64,000 nucleotides of DNA from an uncultured delta proteobacterium (GCA_963806225.1 CAWDXG010000004.1:1600001-1664000); one strand, 5' to 3'; shown: positions 40,731-52,157, counted from the stretch's first letter. A program made the numbers and translations. The notes: generated by a model from the sequence alone, not told the origin.

Positions 40731-40765
40731 GGAGGGCCCGATCCGCCCCGCGGATCGGGCCCTCC
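40731..40765. terminator. Perfect 16-bp inverted repeat (ggagggcccgatccgc-ccc-gcggatcgggccctcc)
   Basis: 20 nt downstream of the stop at 40786; no U-tract. Confidence 0.5.
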
Positions 40766-40785
40766 GTGTCACAGGCGCCGCGGAG

Positions 40786-42525
40786 CTATTCCGCCGGCGG
40801 TGCCCCGCGCCTGCGGCGCGTGTACTCCTCCGAGAGGATGCGCCCCGCGACCTCCCGACCGCCCAGGCCGAACGCCAGAGCCCCGGCCAGGCACACAGCG
40901 CCCAGGATCAGGGCGAACGCGATCGCGATGAGCTGCCGTCCGACCCCGAGCTGCTGCAGCGCCATCATCACGGTGAAGGTCACGACCGCGACGTGGGCGA
41001 CGTTGCCCATGGCCTTGAGCAGACGATCTTTGCTGTTCCGGGTCAGCTCGTCGATGCGCGCCTGGCTCCAGCGCCCCGCCCACAGCCCAGCGCCCATCAG
41101 AACGACGGCGACCAGCACGTTGGGCAGATAGGCGAGCAGGCCGTCGAGCAGCCGCCCCAGTCCTTCGAGACCCATGGTGCCGAGCACCTGACGCAGGAAG
41201 AGCAGCACGATGACGGCAACCACGATCACCCCGGCGATGTCCGCCGGCGTGTCCAGGCCACCTGCGCCGGTGCGCGCCAGAAGCTCGTCGGCTTCGACGG
41301 TCTCGCCCGCTTCACCTCCCGGGTCCGCCGTTCCGCTCCCCGACGCGTGCAGCCGCTCCTTCACCAGCGCCCTGGAGCTCTGCTCCTGCTGTTTCGCCTC
41401 GGGGGAGACCTGCTTGAACAAGCCAATGTGGACCATCAGCGTGTTGAAGCCCATCGCTGCGAGCAGGTGCGCCGCCACGCTCCCGGCGATGCGCGCTACC
41501 ACGACGCCGATGGACATGAGCAGCCCCCCGACCAGCAGCTTCGGCAGGTAGACGTAGATGCGCTCCAGCATCGAGCTCAGAGGCGCACTGATCTCGGCGA
41601 TTTCCAGGCGGCCGACGGCGCTGATGGCGAAGTGCAGCAGAATGAACGCCATCACCAGCGCCCCCAGGATCCCGCTCAGGCTGTGCTCCCGGGTGATGCG
41701 CCCGAACCCGAGCCGCGCCACGGCGCGGTCCACGCCGACGCGGGCCAGAACGCCGCTGACGACGCCGCGCGCCATGCGCGCCAGAACGTAACCGACGACG
41801 AGCAGCACGGTGGCCGCGGCGATCTTCGGCAGGTACGTGGTCACGGTCGAAAGCGCGGTGGACAGCGGCCCCGCGAGCACGCCGATCTTCAGAGCCTCGA
41901 GCACCGGGATGGCGGCGACGACCAGCACGAACCAGTAGGCGACCTCGCCGATGGTGCGGGACAGCGTGGTCCCGCTCTTGTCCTTCTTCCGCTTCTTCTT
42001 CTTCCTGTCTTCCCGCTCGGGCGGGGGTTCAGGCGCGATGTCCTCACCGCCGAGCCGTTGCATGCGTCCATCGAAGTCGAGCTTGTCCAGAACGCTGACG
42101 ATCAGCTTGCGGACGCCCGTGGCAAGCAGGAATCCGCCGAAGCCGATGACCGTCGCCTTGAGCAGGTTCGGTATCGCACCAGCGACGCCGTCGAGCACCG
42201 TGACCAGCGGCGCGGTGACCGCCGAGATGCCGAGGTAGCTGAAGAACGCGATCGCGACGAACAAGAGCAGCAGGTAGTACAGGGTTTTCGAGACCACGCG
42301 CTCCACACGCGCTCCGCGCTCGCCGCCCGTCTCGAAGCCGAGCCCGCGAGCGATGCGATCGTCGAGCGTCGTCTTCTTCAACGCAGCGAACAGCGATCGG
42401 GAAACGATCGCGGCGGCGAGCCAACCGAGGACGAGAATCGCGAGGGCGACGCCGATCTGCGGGAGCTTGGGCGATATTGCGTGCCAGATATCCTGAATCC
42501 ACCGAGCCTTGGCCCACTGGGGCAT
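40786..42525 (-). CDS. TM-helix repeat membrane protein (CmpX / small mechanosensitive channel-associated)
   Basis: Repeated YLPK/YLPN..A..L..G units; LAFGLGGRE C-terminus. Confidence 0.82.
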   Translation of the reverse strand: MPQWAKARWIQDIWHAISPKLPQIGVALAILVLGWLAAAIVSRSLFAALKKTTLDDRIARGLGFETGGERGARVERVVSKTLYYLLLLFVAIAFFSYLGISAVTAPLVTVLDGVAGAIPNLLKATVIGFGGFLLATGVRKLIVSVLDKLDFDGRMQRLGGEDIAPEPPPEREDRKKKKRKKDKSGTTLSRTIGEVAYWFVLVVAAIPVLEALKIGVLAGPLSTALSTVTTYLPKIAAATVLLVVGYVLARMARGVVSGVLARVGVDRAVARLGFGRITREHSLSGILGALVMAFILLHFAISAVGRLEIAEISAPLSSMLERIYVYLPKLLVGGLLMSIGVVVARIAGSVAAHLLAAMGFNTLMVHIGLFKQVSPEAKQQEQSSRALVKERLHASGSGTADPGGEAGETVEADELLARTGAGGLDTPADIAGVIVVAVIVLLFLRQVLGTMGLEGLGRLLDGLLAYLPNVLVAVVLMGAGLWAGRWSQARIDELTRNSKDRLLKAMGNVAHVAVVTFTVMMALQQLGVGRQLIAIAFALILGAVCLAGALAFGLGGREVAGRILSEEYTRRRRGAPPAE

Positions 42526-42693
42526 AATAACCTCCTTGTGCGCGAGGGCAGGCGCAGGCCTGGACGCTGGCCCCCGGACACCCCGCCCGACAGCTCCGAC
42601 CGACCCATCGGCTCCCCTGCAGAAGGCTGGAGGGTCTGCTGGATGGCGCAGGAACGCAACCTGTCCGAGGTGGGGAAGCGCCCCGCTTCCGGG

Positions 42694-43464
42694 TCAGCTC
42701 CGGTTCAGGCTTGCCGCCATCGAGCGGATGACCGAGCGGGGACCGAAGCGGAGCGCCTGCACGCCGAGCTTGTTCTTCAGCCCGTGCACCACGACGGGGC
42801 GCCCCTTGAGCATGGCGCGGTAGGCCTGTTTCGCGACACTGGGCGCGTCCTGGGCGCCCATGCGGAACAGGCGCGACTTGTCGTTGCCGGCGACGGCGCC
42901 GAACTCCGTGTCCGTTGCGCCGGGGCAGCTCACGGTGGCCGTGACGCCGGTGCCGTCGAGCTCGTAGCCAAGCCCTTCGGTGAAGTGATTCACGAATGCT
43001 TTGGTCGCGTAGTAGACCGCCATGTAGGGGCCGGGCTGGAAGCCCGCGGTGGAGCCGATGTTCAGGATGCGCCCACGCCCGCGCGTGACCATCCCGGGCA
43101 GGAGCAACCGCGTAAGCGCGACCAGCGACACCACGTTGACCTGGATTTCCGCCATCTGGCGGGCGAGCTCCTGCTCGACGAACGCGCCGTTCGTGCCGAA
43201 GCCGGCGCAGTTGACGAGGAACTCCACTTCCACGCCTGCCCGCTCGAGCTCGGCGTGGATGCGCCCCGGCGAGCTCGGATCGGCGAGATCGGCGGCGATG
43301 ACGAGCGGGTCGATGCCGTGCGCGCCGCGCAGCTCGTCGGCGAGCGCATCCAGTCGCTCCCTGCGCCGCGCAACCAGCACCAGGTCGTGCCCATCCGCTG
43401 CGAAGAGCTTCGACAGCTCCTTGCCGATCCCCGCTGAAGCTCCCGTCACCAGTGCCGCACCCAT
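42694..43464 (-). CDS. SDR family oxidoreductase
   Basis: [28 protein letters not shown]. Confidence 0.92.
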   Translation of the reverse strand: MGAALVTGASAGIGKELSKLFAADGHDLVLVARRRERLDALADELRGAHGIDPLVIAADLADPSSPGRIHAELERAGVEVEFLVNCAGFGTNGAFVEQELARQMAEIQVNVVSLVALTRLLLPGMVTRGRGRILNIGSTAGFQPGPYMAVYYATKAFVNHFTEGLGYELDGTGVTATVSCPGATDTEFGAVAGNDKSRLFRMGAQDAPSVAKQAYRAMLKGRPVVVHGLKNKLGVQALRFGPRSVIRSMAASLNRS

Positions 43465-43540
43465 CGTATCCTCCTCTGGCCGCCTGCGGCCCGCCGCGGA
43501 GCATGGGGACGCCGGGCAGCGACGACAAGGCGCACGGCGG

Positions 43541-44008
43541 CTATTTCCCGAGCGGCAGATCGCCCGAGAGGCGGAGCGGCGTGTGCGCGGGCGTGCCGAA
43601 CCATACGTCCCGGCCGCAATACGGCGTGAGCGAGCCCTGGACGCGCGCGTTGTCCTCGTCGCGGTGCAGGGCGAGCGCGAGCGAAACGGGCTTGTTTCCG
43701 CAGGGGCCCGAGGCGTCGGCCGGCGCGGAGAAGCGCGCGGTGTACAGCGTGGCGTTCGCTTCGGGGAAGTGCTCGACGTGGCCCTGGCCTTCAAGCGGCT
43801 TGCCGGCGGGCATCACGCCGTAGCCCTTGTCCGGCGTGAGCGTCGCCGTCAGGTCGTCGCCGTGGAGCGACAGGTGCACCTCCGCAGAATCGACGATCTC
43901 CAGGTCGAGCGTGGCGGTCAGGACCGGCTGGTGCACGGTTTCCGGATTCTTGCCGCAGGCGGCGAGCGCCGCGAACGCGAACAGCGCAAGGCAAGAACCC
44001 GCCTTCAT
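43541..44008 (-). CDS. Hypothetical lipoprotein
   Basis: LAAC lipobox; ATGA overlap with upstream gene. Confidence 0.7.
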   Translation of the reverse strand: MKAGSCLALFAFAALAACGKNPETVHQPVLTATLDLEIVDSAEVHLSLHGDDLTATLTPDKGYGVMPAGKPLEGQGHVEHFPEANATLYTARFSAPADASGPCGNKPVSLALALHRDEDNARVQGSLTPYCGRDVWFGTPAHTPLRLSGDLPLGK

Positions 44009-45793
44009 CGCACCACCCTCCGCGTCACATTGATGGCGTCGGCAAGTTTCACCGCATCGGCCGCGCTGCCGTCGAACATGTGGAACACCCAGGTTACCGA
44101 CTCGGCCTTCGCCAGGGTCTTGTCCTCGAAACCAATGTCTCCCGTGTCGAGGCGGAGGTGCGCGGCGAGGTGCACGTCGGCCTGGTCCTTGATCAGGTAC
44201 CGGCTCTTGCCCAGGCTGATGAGCCCCGTGGGCAGCGCCATGTAGAAATCCTTGAAGGTGAAGTCGCTGCGGTGGAACGTGTGTGGCGAGGAGTCGTCGA
44301 GCGCCAGTGTGGTGACGAAGTCGTCCGTCTTCTCACCCGGGAAGACCACGCTCACGTCCGTGTAGGTGCCGGGCCCGAAGTGGATCGCGACGCGGTAGTG
44401 GCCGTCGGCGACCTTCTCCCACTCCTCGGTCACCTCGCGGTCGCCCGGCTTGATGGAAAGCTTGACGGGCGCGGCAACGCTCTTTCCACGCATGGGGTCG
44501 TCCTCGGTGCCGGCCTGCATGCTGCCGGCGCCGGGATCGATGATGACGGAGTCGGCCTTCTGCTCGGCCTTGACCTGACGGATCACGTCCCGCGCGATTC
44601 GCAGCGCTTCGGTGGAGTGCGAGATGCCGTATTCGATCTCGCCGCGGATCGGATTGATGCCGGTGGCGTCGCTGACCTCGCCCAGGAACAGAAGGCGCCA
44701 GGCCGAGTCGAGCTCGGCGCGCGCGTCGAGACCGGCCACCTTGGCGGCCGTCTCGGCGGCCATGAGCTCGCGGTGCGCCAGCGCGTTGAGCGTGCGTACG
44801 GTGTTGTCGCGCTCCTCGCCGAAAGCGGACCAGACGCCGTTGCCGCCCAGCCACTTGAACTCCGCCTGGGTGCTGTTCGGCTGCCAGGTGCCGTCGAGCA
44901 GCGGCGGCGGATCGGGCGGCGTGAACTTCTGGCGGAGCGCGGCGACGTACTTGTCGACCGTGGTGATCGTGTAGCCCTGCGCTTCGAGATCCGAGAGCTT
45001 CTTCTCGTAGTCGGCCACCGCCGCGGGCTTGTACTTGAACTGGTCGGGCAGGTAGGGGTTGTTGCCGCCGGTCGCGAGCAGCTCGCCGTCGTCCATGTAC
45101 GTCCAGTCGACCTGGATGTCGTTGTTGGCGTCGGTGTAGTGCACGCCCTGGCCCGCCGGCACGAGGAACACGTCGCCGAAGCGGTACAGCGGCTGTACGG
45201 TCGAGTCGAAGTTGTCGTGCTGGTAGCTCCAGAGGTTCTTGGGCCAGAGCATGTTCTGGTAGCCGTGCGCCTTCATCTGCGGGGCCATCGCCATGCCCGC
45301 CTGCCCTTCCTGGCAGAAGACGCTCTTGCGCGAGCGGCACGTCCCACTTCTTGAACGTCGCCGCGGTCAGCGCCTGCGAGCGCTCCCAGTCCTGCTGCGG
45401 GAACGCCGTGAAGAGCTGATCGGAGTAGTGGAAGCTCACCACCTCGATCTGGCCGGACTTGGCCATCGCGCGGAGCTCCGACAGCACGTCGGGATGCCGC
45501 TCGCCGATCACGTCGAGCATGTAGCCCTGCATCTCGAGGTCCACGCCCCACGCGGGGTGCTTCTGGTACAGGTCGAGCACGGGCTTGAAGCTCTCGACGA
45601 TGATCTGGTCCTCCATCGTGTCGTTGTCGACGGCCTTGGCCGGATCTGCGCTGAGCAGACGCGAGCCCGCACTGCCTCCCGCCACGTACTGCACGTTGAA
45701 GTGGAAAAGCCCGAGCGCGTACCTGTCCTGCGCCCGGGCGACCGACGCGGACAGCAGGAGCGACAGTGCACCGAGCCAGACGGAGAAGCGCAT
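44005..45793 (-). CDS. Secreted GH57/GH38-like glycoside hydrolase, frameshift near 45330
   Basis: Signal peptide; HFNVQY, EVVSFHYSDQ, FCQE, DDGE, GEVSD pattern of the GH57-type barrel. Confidence 0.6.
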
Positions 45794-45840
45794 CGCCGCG
45801 GATTATCCGGGCGCGGCGCGGGGCGGGTCAAGCGGCGGGC

Positions 45841-46587
45841 TCATTGGCGCGCCGCTAGCCGCGGCAGAGCCCAGCGGGACGCGCGCCCGCGGCGGCCGGC
45901 CACGGCGAGCAACTCGTCGCAGACGGACGCGAAGACACGCTCGGCATCTTCCGTGATCAGCGCGCCGTGGCAGAGGAAGATGCGATCGAAGTGCCAGGCG
46001 CGCGCACGCTCCAGTGCCTGCCTCGCAGCATCGGCGTCCAGCGTATAGAGCCGGAACTCGGGCGAGGGCGCGGGGCGCGTTTTCATGCCGAACAGCCTGC
46101 CCGCCGCGCGGGCCAGGGCGGATGCCGTCTCTGCGTCGATGTTCTCGACGAAGTCCGCCACCATCAGCGTGCGCGAGCGGCGATGCAGCATCAGCGCCTC
46201 GGAGAAGAATACGTTGCCGGCGGTGAGACACTGATCCAGCTCCGCGCTCCACGCCAGCAAAGGTTCCGCGCCGAGCACACCCGCCGGCGAGAGATCGGGG
46301 CGGCGCTCCGGCAGTCCCGGCGCGAGCCACAGCTCGGCGTCCGGGTACGCCGCCGCGTAGTCCGCCAGCGTCTGGTTGTGGATCTTGTTCGGCGCGATGA
46401 CGTAGCGCACCCGGCCGAGCTTCTCGAGATCACGGCGGAGCCCGGGCGTGAGGAACAGCGGCGAATACACGAGCAACGCATCGCCCTCGAGCCGCACGAC
46501 GGCCATCCGCGTGCCCAGCGAGAAGCCATAGAAGCGCACGGCGCCCCCGGCGATGTAGAGGCCGTCCCCGAGCTCGTCCAGCGCCAC
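45841..46587 (-). CDS. DUF4336 family protein
   Basis: GTRMAVVRL, YSP, IAPNKIH, IFLCHG. Confidence 0.8.
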   Translation of the reverse strand: MALDELGDGLYIAGGAVRFYGFSLGTRMAVVRLEGDALLVYSPLFLTPGLRRDLEKLGRVRYVIAPNKIHNQTLADYAAAYPDAELWLAPGLPERRPDLSPAGVLGAEPLLAWSAELDQCLTAGNVFFSEALMLHRRSRTLMVADFVENIDAETASALARAAGRLFGMKTRPAPSPEFRLYTLDADAARQALERARAWHFDRIFLCHGALITEDAERVFASVCDELLAVAGRRGRASRWALPRLAARQ

Positions 46588-46595
46588 GGCGCGCG

Positions 46596-46949
46596 CTACC
46601 CCCGCGGGAAGGGCGGCCAGCCCATGGCCTTGCCGCCGAGCAGGTGCAGGTGAAGGTGGAAGACGGACTGCCCCGCCTCTTCGCCGCAGTTCATGACGGT
46701 GCGGTAGCCGCGCGAGGTCAGCCCCTCCTTCTTCGCGATTTCGGCCGCCACGCGGAACAGGTGTCCGATGTCGGCCTCGTGGCTCTCCTCTATCTCGTCG
46801 ATGATGGCGACGTGCGTTCGCGGCACGACCAGCACGTGGGTCGGCGCCTGGGGATGGATATCGCGGAACGCCAGCGCGCGGTCGTCCTCGTACACGATCG
46901 TTGCGGGGACCTCGCGGGCGATGATGCGGCAGAACAGACAATCGGTCAT
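46596..46949 (-). CDS. hinT: Histidine triad nucleotide-binding protein (HINT)
   Basis: CLFCRI, FRDIHPQAPTHVLVVP, GQSVFHLHLHLLGG. Confidence 0.93.
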   Translation of the reverse strand: MTDCLFCRIIAREVPATIVYEDDRALAFRDIHPQAPTHVLVVPRTHVAIIDEIEESHEADIGHLFRVAAEIAKKEGLTSRGYRTVMNCGEEAGQSVFHLHLHLLGGKAMGWPPFPRG

Positions 46950-46967
46950 GGTCTCTCCCTGGAATAG

Positions 46968-47417
46968 CTAGAACGCCTTCTTCGTGTCGATGAGGATGGT
47001 GACCGGGCCGTCGTTCACGAGCTCCACCTGCATGTGGGTGCGGAAGCGCCCGGTCTCGACCCGGAGGCCGTGCTCGCGCACCCGCTCGCAGAACAGCTCG
47101 AACAGCTCCTCCGCGCGTACCGGTTCCATCGCGTCGCCGAAGCCCGGACGCTTGCCTTTGCGCATGTCGCCGAACAGCGTGAACTGCGAGACGGCGAGCA
47201 CCGCGCCGCCCACGTCGGCCACGCCGAGGTTCATGCGGCCCTCGTCGTCCTCGAAGATGCGCACGCCCGCGACCTTGCCGGCCAGCGCCGCTGCGTCGGC
47301 CTCCGCGTCGTCGCGCCCGACGCCGACCAGCACGCACAGGCCGCGCTCGACGGCCCCCACCCGCTCGCCGTCGACGCTCACCTCGGCCCGGGTGACCCGC
47401 TGCACGACCGCCCTCAT
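46968..47417 (-). CDS. dtd: D-aminoacyl-tRNA deacylase
   Basis: [19 protein letters not shown]. Confidence 0.96.
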   Translation of the reverse strand: MRAVVQRVTRAEVSVDGERVGAVERGLCVLVGVGRDDAEADAAALAGKVAGVRIFEDDEGRMNLGVADVGGAVLAVSQFTLFGDMRKGKRPGFGDAMEPVRAEELFELFCERVREHGLRVETGRFRTHMQVELVNDGPVTILIDTKKAF

Positions 47418-47464
47418 GCGCCCGCACTACCACGCGGGGCCCGGGGCGCTATAGGGTCGATCGC

Positions 47465-48367
47465 ATGGACAGACTACCCGCACCCCCGCTGCCCGGCTGG
47501 CTCGAGCGCCAGCTCCCCCCGTCCCTGTCACGCTATCGCGCGCGGGTCGGGCCCTACCGGATGCACGTGATGGAGGCCGGCGAGGGGCGACCGGTGCTGA
47601 TGTTGCACGGCAATCCCACCTGGGGTTTTCTGTACCGGAAGGTGGTTCAGGAGCTCTCCGGCGAACCGCTCCGGTTGATCATGCCGGACCTGATCGGGCT
47701 CGGCCTGTCCGACAAGCCGCGCGACGCCGCCGAACACCAGCTCGACCACCACGCAGACTGGCTCGGCGAGCTCGTCGACGGGCTCGGGCTCGAAGGCGTG
47801 GTGTTCGTCGGGCAGGACTGGGGCGGTCCCATCGGCCTGTGTGCACTGGAAAAGCGACGCGAGCGGCTCGCCGGGCTGGTGATCCTGAACACCGTGGTGG
47901 GCCCGCCGCGACCCGGCTTCCGCCCCACAGCGTTCCACCGCTTCTCGCAGATGCCGGTGCTGAGCGACCTCGCCTTCCGCGGCCTCGGTTTTCCCGAAAC
48001 GGCGCTCTGGATCGCGCAGGGGGACAAGAGCAGCATCCGGGGCAAGGTGGCGCGCGCCTATCGCTATCCGCTCCGGCGCTTCCGCGATCGCGTGGCGCCT
48101 CTGGCGCTGGCGCGTATGGTGCCCGACTCGCTTGGGCATCCATCCGTGCCCGCGCTCGAGCGCTGCCAGGCGCTGGTCGAGTCCTTCAAAGGGCCCGCAG
48201 CGATCGTGTGGGGCGATCGTGATCCGGTGCTCGGGCGGGTGCGCCGCCGCGTCGAACGGCTGCTGCCGGATGCTCCCGTCACGCTGACCCAGGCCGGCCA
48301 CTTTCTGCAGGAGGAAGTGCCAGCGGAGATCGCCCGCGCAGTGCGGGACGTGGCATCGCGGATCTGA
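47465..48367 (+). CDS. Haloalkane dehalogenase-like alpha/beta hydrolase
   Basis: LHGNPTW, PDLIGLGLSDKP, GQDWGG, GHFLQE. Confidence 0.85.
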   Translation: MDRLPAPPLPGWLERQLPPSLSRYRARVGPYRMHVMEAGEGRPVLMLHGNPTWGFLYRKVVQELSGEPLRLIMPDLIGLGLSDKPRDAAEHQLDHHADWLGELVDGLGLEGVVFVGQDWGGPIGLCALEKRRERLAGLVILNTVVGPPRPGFRPTAFHRFSQMPVLSDLAFRGLGFPETALWIAQGDKSSIRGKVARAYRYPLRRFRDRVAPLALARMVPDSLGHPSVPALERCQALVESFKGPAAIVWGDRDPVLGRVRRRVERLLPDAPVTLTQAGHFLQEEVPAEIARAVRDVASRI

Positions 48368-48413
48368 CGCTTGCGGGATCACACGACCGGCAAAGTTCGG
48401 CTATGCTGCGGAG

Positions 48414-50378
48414 ATGGCGGTCGCGCCCGGCGCTGGCACCGGCCCCTACTCGTTCGTGGGGGCGACGGTCCATTCCGAGTTCTACTCCGGAGTCGACTAC
48501 TTCATCGAGCGTTCGCTCGGTGAAGGCGGCACGGCCGTTGCTTTCTTCGCCTGGCGCCGCTCGCCCGAGGGCGAGACCCCCGTCGTCTTGAAGGTGATTC
48601 TGCCGCGCATCGTCATGGACTCGGGGCGTCAGGCGGACACGATCTTCAAGAAGGAGGCCGTGGCGCTCGGGCGCCTGAACGAGCGCGTGCCGCCCACGCC
48701 CTACGTGCTCAGGATGATCGAGACCGGTGGAATCGAGTACGAGTACGCCCGACGCCGGCTGCGGCTGCCCTGGATCTCGCTGGAGTACGTCGACGGCGGG
48801 CTCGAGGGAACGACGCTCGAAGACCGCGTCGAATACTCGGTACGGGAGACCGGGTCAGCGTTCGACCCCGAGCGCGCGGCACGGCTCGTGACGAGCCTGT
48901 GCGAAGGGCTGTACGAGATCCACCAGGTGGGCGTGGTCCACCGCGACCTGACGCCCGGCAACGTGCTCTGCTGCGGCAACGGCGCATCGGAGATGTTCAA
49001 GATTTCCGACTTCGGGATCGCGCGACCCATGGGGCTGGCTGCCACCTTCGGCAGCGATGTGCTGGTCGGCACTCCGGGCTACATGGCGCCCGAGCAGGTG
49101 GCGTCGGGCGCGCTCGGTCCGCAGACCGATCTGTTCGGCCTCGCGGCGATCATCTACTTCGCCCTGACGGGCCGGCGCTACTTCGAGGCCGCAAGCGGAC
49201 GCGAGTCGCTGACCGAGGTACGCGGGACAACGCGGCCGAGCCTGCTCGACGCGCCGCAGCTGTGCGACGAGCTCCGGGCCCGGCAGGCCGCCTGCAACGC
49301 CATCGACCTGGCGCTCGCCCGCGCCACCGCATTCAACGCGGCGGAACGTCCCGCAGACGCGCGCCGCTTCGCGTCCAGTCTGCTGCCGTGGCTCACGCAT
49401 CGGCCGAGAGCGCGCCGTGCCAGCGCGCGCCACATGCGCAGCCTTTCCCGTATCCGGCCGACGGAGCCGCAGGCCGACACGACCTGGTCGGTCCGGCACC
49501 CAGCGCGCGACGATCAGCTCATCGTCAGCGTCGGCTGGAACGCGGCCGGGCACTGCCTCGCCGCGACGACGCGCGGCCTGCTCTACTGGGATGGCTCGAC
49601 GTGGCTCGATGCGCCCACGGCCGGCGTGCCTGCCCCGATGCACGTCGTCCAGCAGCTCGACCCGTCGCACTGGCTCCTGGCCGGGGATCAGGGCCTGGTG
49701 CTGGAGTACTCGCGCGACGGCGTGCGCGAGCTGCTCCGCGCTCCCGACCCGTCGATTAGCTTCACAGCCGCCAGCGGCGATCCGGACGAGACGCTGGTGC
49801 TCGTCGCCGAGCAGCCGGGCCGCCCGCCGTGGTTGTGCACCGCGGCAGGCGGGCGCTGGCTGCAGCCGTTCCCCGTGGCCGACGCCAGCGTGATCAATGC
49901 CGTCACGCAGGTGGATGACGGGCACTATCTGGCGGTCGGACGCGACACGTCCGGGCGCGCCTATGCCGGGTTCTACCACCCCTCCAGCGGCGGACTCACG
50001 CGCGTCGCCGCGCCGCCGAGCCGGGCGCTGCTGTCGCTGGACAGCCGCGCCGAACGCGGGCTGGCGACGGCGGTCGGCGCCGAGGGGGCTCTCTTGCGCC
50101 TCCGCCAGGCGCACACAACCGCCACAGTGATGGACGGCGGGCGCGATGTCTCGGCCATCTCGATCGACCTGCTGGGGCGCGAGTGGATCGCCGGCGTGGG
50201 CCGGATCTGGGTCGGCCACGCGTCGCAGAGCGGATGGAACTGCATGTGGCAGGACGACACCTGGAAGACACCCTTCGTCAGCATCCTGGCCGAGACCGGA
50301 TTCATCGTTGCGATGACGGTCGAGGGCGCCGTGCTCGAGTGCCGCTCGTCGATGCTGGCCGCGACGGCGCCAGCCTAG
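48414..50378 (+). CDS. Ser/Thr protein kinase with C-terminal beta-propeller-like region
   Basis: GEGG, HRDLTPGN, DFG, GTPGYMAPEQ; repeated AVG..G strands. Confidence 0.87.
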   Translation: MAVAPGAGTGPYSFVGATVHSEFYSGVDYFIERSLGEGGTAVAFFAWRRSPEGETPVVLKVILPRIVMDSGRQADTIFKKEAVALGRLNERVPPTPYVLRMIETGGIEYEYARRRLRLPWISLEYVDGGLEGTTLEDRVEYSVRETGSAFDPERAARLVTSLCEGLYEIHQVGVVHRDLTPGNVLCCGNGASEMFKISDFGIARPMGLAATFGSDVLVGTPGYMAPEQVASGALGPQTDLFGLAAIIYFALTGRRYFEAASGRESLTEVRGTTRPSLLDAPQLCDELRARQAACNAIDLALARATAFNAAERPADARRFASSLLPWLTHRPRARRASARHMRSLSRIRPTEPQADTTWSVRHPARDDQLIVSVGWNAAGHCLAATTRGLLYWDGSTWLDAPTAGVPAPMHVVQQLDPSHWLLAGDQGLVLEYSRDGVRELLRAPDPSISFTAASGDPDETLVLVAEQPGRPPWLCTAAGGRWLQPFPVADASVINAVTQVDDGHYLAVGRDTSGRAYAGFYHPSSGGLTRVAAPPSRALLSLDSRAERGLATAVGAEGALLRLRQAHTTATVMDGGRDVSAISIDLLGREWIAGVGRIWVGHASQSGWNCMWQDDTWKTPFVSILAETGFIVAMTVEGAVLECRSSMLAATAPA

Positions 50379-50914
50379 GCGCCGAGGTGGTACAGCATCC
50401 AGTAGACGACGACGCCGCTCACCGACACGAACAGCCAGACGGGCAGCGTCCAGCGCGCCACCTTGCGGTGCTGCTTGATGCGCTGGGTCCATCCCCTGTA
50501 GATGGTCAGAAGCGCCATCGGCACCACCACCGCTGCCAGCACGATGTGCGGGATCAACACCGCGAAGTACACGCTACGCAGGATGCCCGTGCCGTGGTAC
50601 TTCACGTCACCGACCTGGGCATGGTGGGCCACATAGCCCAGCAGGAACAGCGTCGAGAGCGCGAACGCCGTCAGCATGCTGCGCCGGTGCGCCGGGATGT
50701 TCTTCCTGCGCACGAACACGTAGCCCGCGACGAGGAACGCGGCCGCGCCGGCGTTCAGCACCGCGTTCACGGTCGGCAGGATGCCGGGATGGCCGGGGGC
50801 GGTGCGCCCGGGGAAGGCGTACATCACGACCACGACGGCCGCGAACACGGTCAAGCTCAAGGCGCCGATCACCCAGCGTGCGGCGGGTGATTCGGTCGTT
50901 GTCGCAGCGGTCAC
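50375..50914 (-). CDS. DUF420 family membrane protein
   Basis: NAVLN, HRRSM, ILIPH-like, HRKVARWT.PVWLFVSVSGVVVY. Confidence 0.88.
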   Translation of the reverse strand: MTAATTTESPAARWVIGALSLTVFAAVVVVMYAFPGRTAPGHPGILPTVNAVLNAGAAAFLVAGYVFVRRKNIPAHRRSMLTAFALSTLFLLGYVAHHAQVGDVKYHGTGILRSVYFAVLIPHIVLAAVVVPMALLTIYRGWTQRIKQHRKVARWTLPVWLFVSVSGVVVYWMLYHLGA

Positions 50915-51005
50915 GCCGCGAGGTGTAGCGGCTCACCCCCGTCGCGACAAGGCATCCGAGGCGGCCGCGCGCCACGTCGCCTGGACGTGGCGCGCTCGCC
51001 CGCGA

Positions 51006-52157
51006 TCAGCCGGGGACGTTCACGCAGCAACCGGTGTTGCAGTACTGTCCGGTTGGGCACGGAGGCTGGCACGCCAGCCCGCAGGGCTGCGCTCCAGGCG
51101 GGCAGATCTGGCCGCCACAACTGCCGCCACTACCACCGGTTCCGGAGCCGCCTGTGCCCGTGGAACCGCCCGTGCCGGTCGTCCCGCCGCTGCCGGCTCC
51201 GCCGTCCGGAGGCGGCTTGGGCAGGCAGTCCGCCGGCAGCTTGGTCTTGCCGAGACACAGCTCGCAGTGCAGGCAGGTGTTGAGACAGCCCTTCACCTGC
51301 GTGCAGGCATGGCACTTCGTCGGATCGTCGACGTGCGCGAGATCGCACGTGGCCATGGAGCACTTGCTCGAGTTGTTCGAGGTCGAGCCGAGGTAGACCG
51401 TGTGGACGACTCCCTTGCTGTCCGGGATCGCGCAGCAACCGAAGCAGTCACAGCCGTTGGGCGTGAGCGGCCCGCAGTAGTTGCCGCAGGCAGCCGACTG
51501 CTTGTTGTACAGCTGGGTGCAACTCTGTGAGCTGCCGGAGATCGTCGTGTTCGGATCGTAGGCGCACTGTGAACCCTCGGGCGGGTAGTTCGGATTGACC
51601 TCGAGCGGGTCGCACTTGTGGTTCCAGTAGCAGTCGTCGTTGCCGCTGCCCGTGTCCTGATCGAAGTAGCAGTCCGCCTTGCACGGCGCGTTCTGCTGGC
51701 CGGAGATGCAGCCGTTGAAGCCGGACTCGTTGTCGTCGCAGGGACCGAGGCAATCCGGATCGGCCATGTCGACCTTGCCGTCGCCGTCGTTGTCCTTGCA
51801 GTCGCCGCAGGCGTACAGGTGGCCCTGGCACAGCGCCTGGTGGCAGACGCCGGACCCGCCGCTTCCACCCGTCCCGGTTCCGCCGCTTCCCGTCGTCCCA
51901 CCGGTCCCGCTGCCGCCCGCAGCGGTCGCGCCGCTGCCGCCCGCAGCAGTCGCGCCGCTACCCCCCGCAGCAGTCGCGCCGCTGCCGCCCGCAGCGCTGC
52001 CGCCGGAGCTGCTGCCGCCGGTGGACCCGCCATCCGCTCCCGAACCCGCCGAGCCGTCCTTGGCTCCCCCGTTGCCGCTGTCTCCGGAGCCGCCACATCC
52101 GATCGCCAGGGCGAAACCGGTCAACGTCAAACCAATCAGGACACGTCGGACGTGCAT
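51006..52157 (-). CDS. Cys-rich lipoprotein with Gly linkers and DNDGDG metal-binding motif
   Basis: AIGC lipobox; AAGGSGAT repeats; CGDCKDNDGDGKVDMADPDC. Confidence 0.78.
   Translation of the reverse strand: MHVRRVLIGLTLTGFALAIGCGGSGDSGNGGAKDGSAGSGADGGSTGGSSSGGSAAGGSGATAAGGSGATAAGGSGATAAGGSGTGGTTGSGGTGTGGSGGSGVCHQALCQGHLYACGDCKDNDGDGKVDMADPDCLGPCDDNESGFNGCISGQQNAPCKADCYFDQDTGSGNDDCYWNHKCDPLEVNPNYPPEGSQCAYDPNTTISGSSQSCTQLYNKQSAACGNYCGPLTPNGCDCFGCCAIPDSKGVVHTVYLGSTSNNSSKCSMATCDLAHVDDPTKCHACTQVKGCLNTCLHCELCLGKTKLPADCLPKPPPDGGAGSGGTTGTGGSTGTGGSGTGGSGGSCGGQICPPGAQPCGLACQPPCPTGQYCNTGCCVNVPG

Noticed and set aside
40681..43437. 918-aa plus-strand ORF and similar long Arg/Ala-rich ORFs
   Set aside because: Antisense or off-frame shadows of real genes, typical of high-GC DNA; no protein motifs.
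47465..48367. OleB beta-lactone decarboxylase of olefin synthesis
   Set aside because: No oleA, oleC or oleD nearby.
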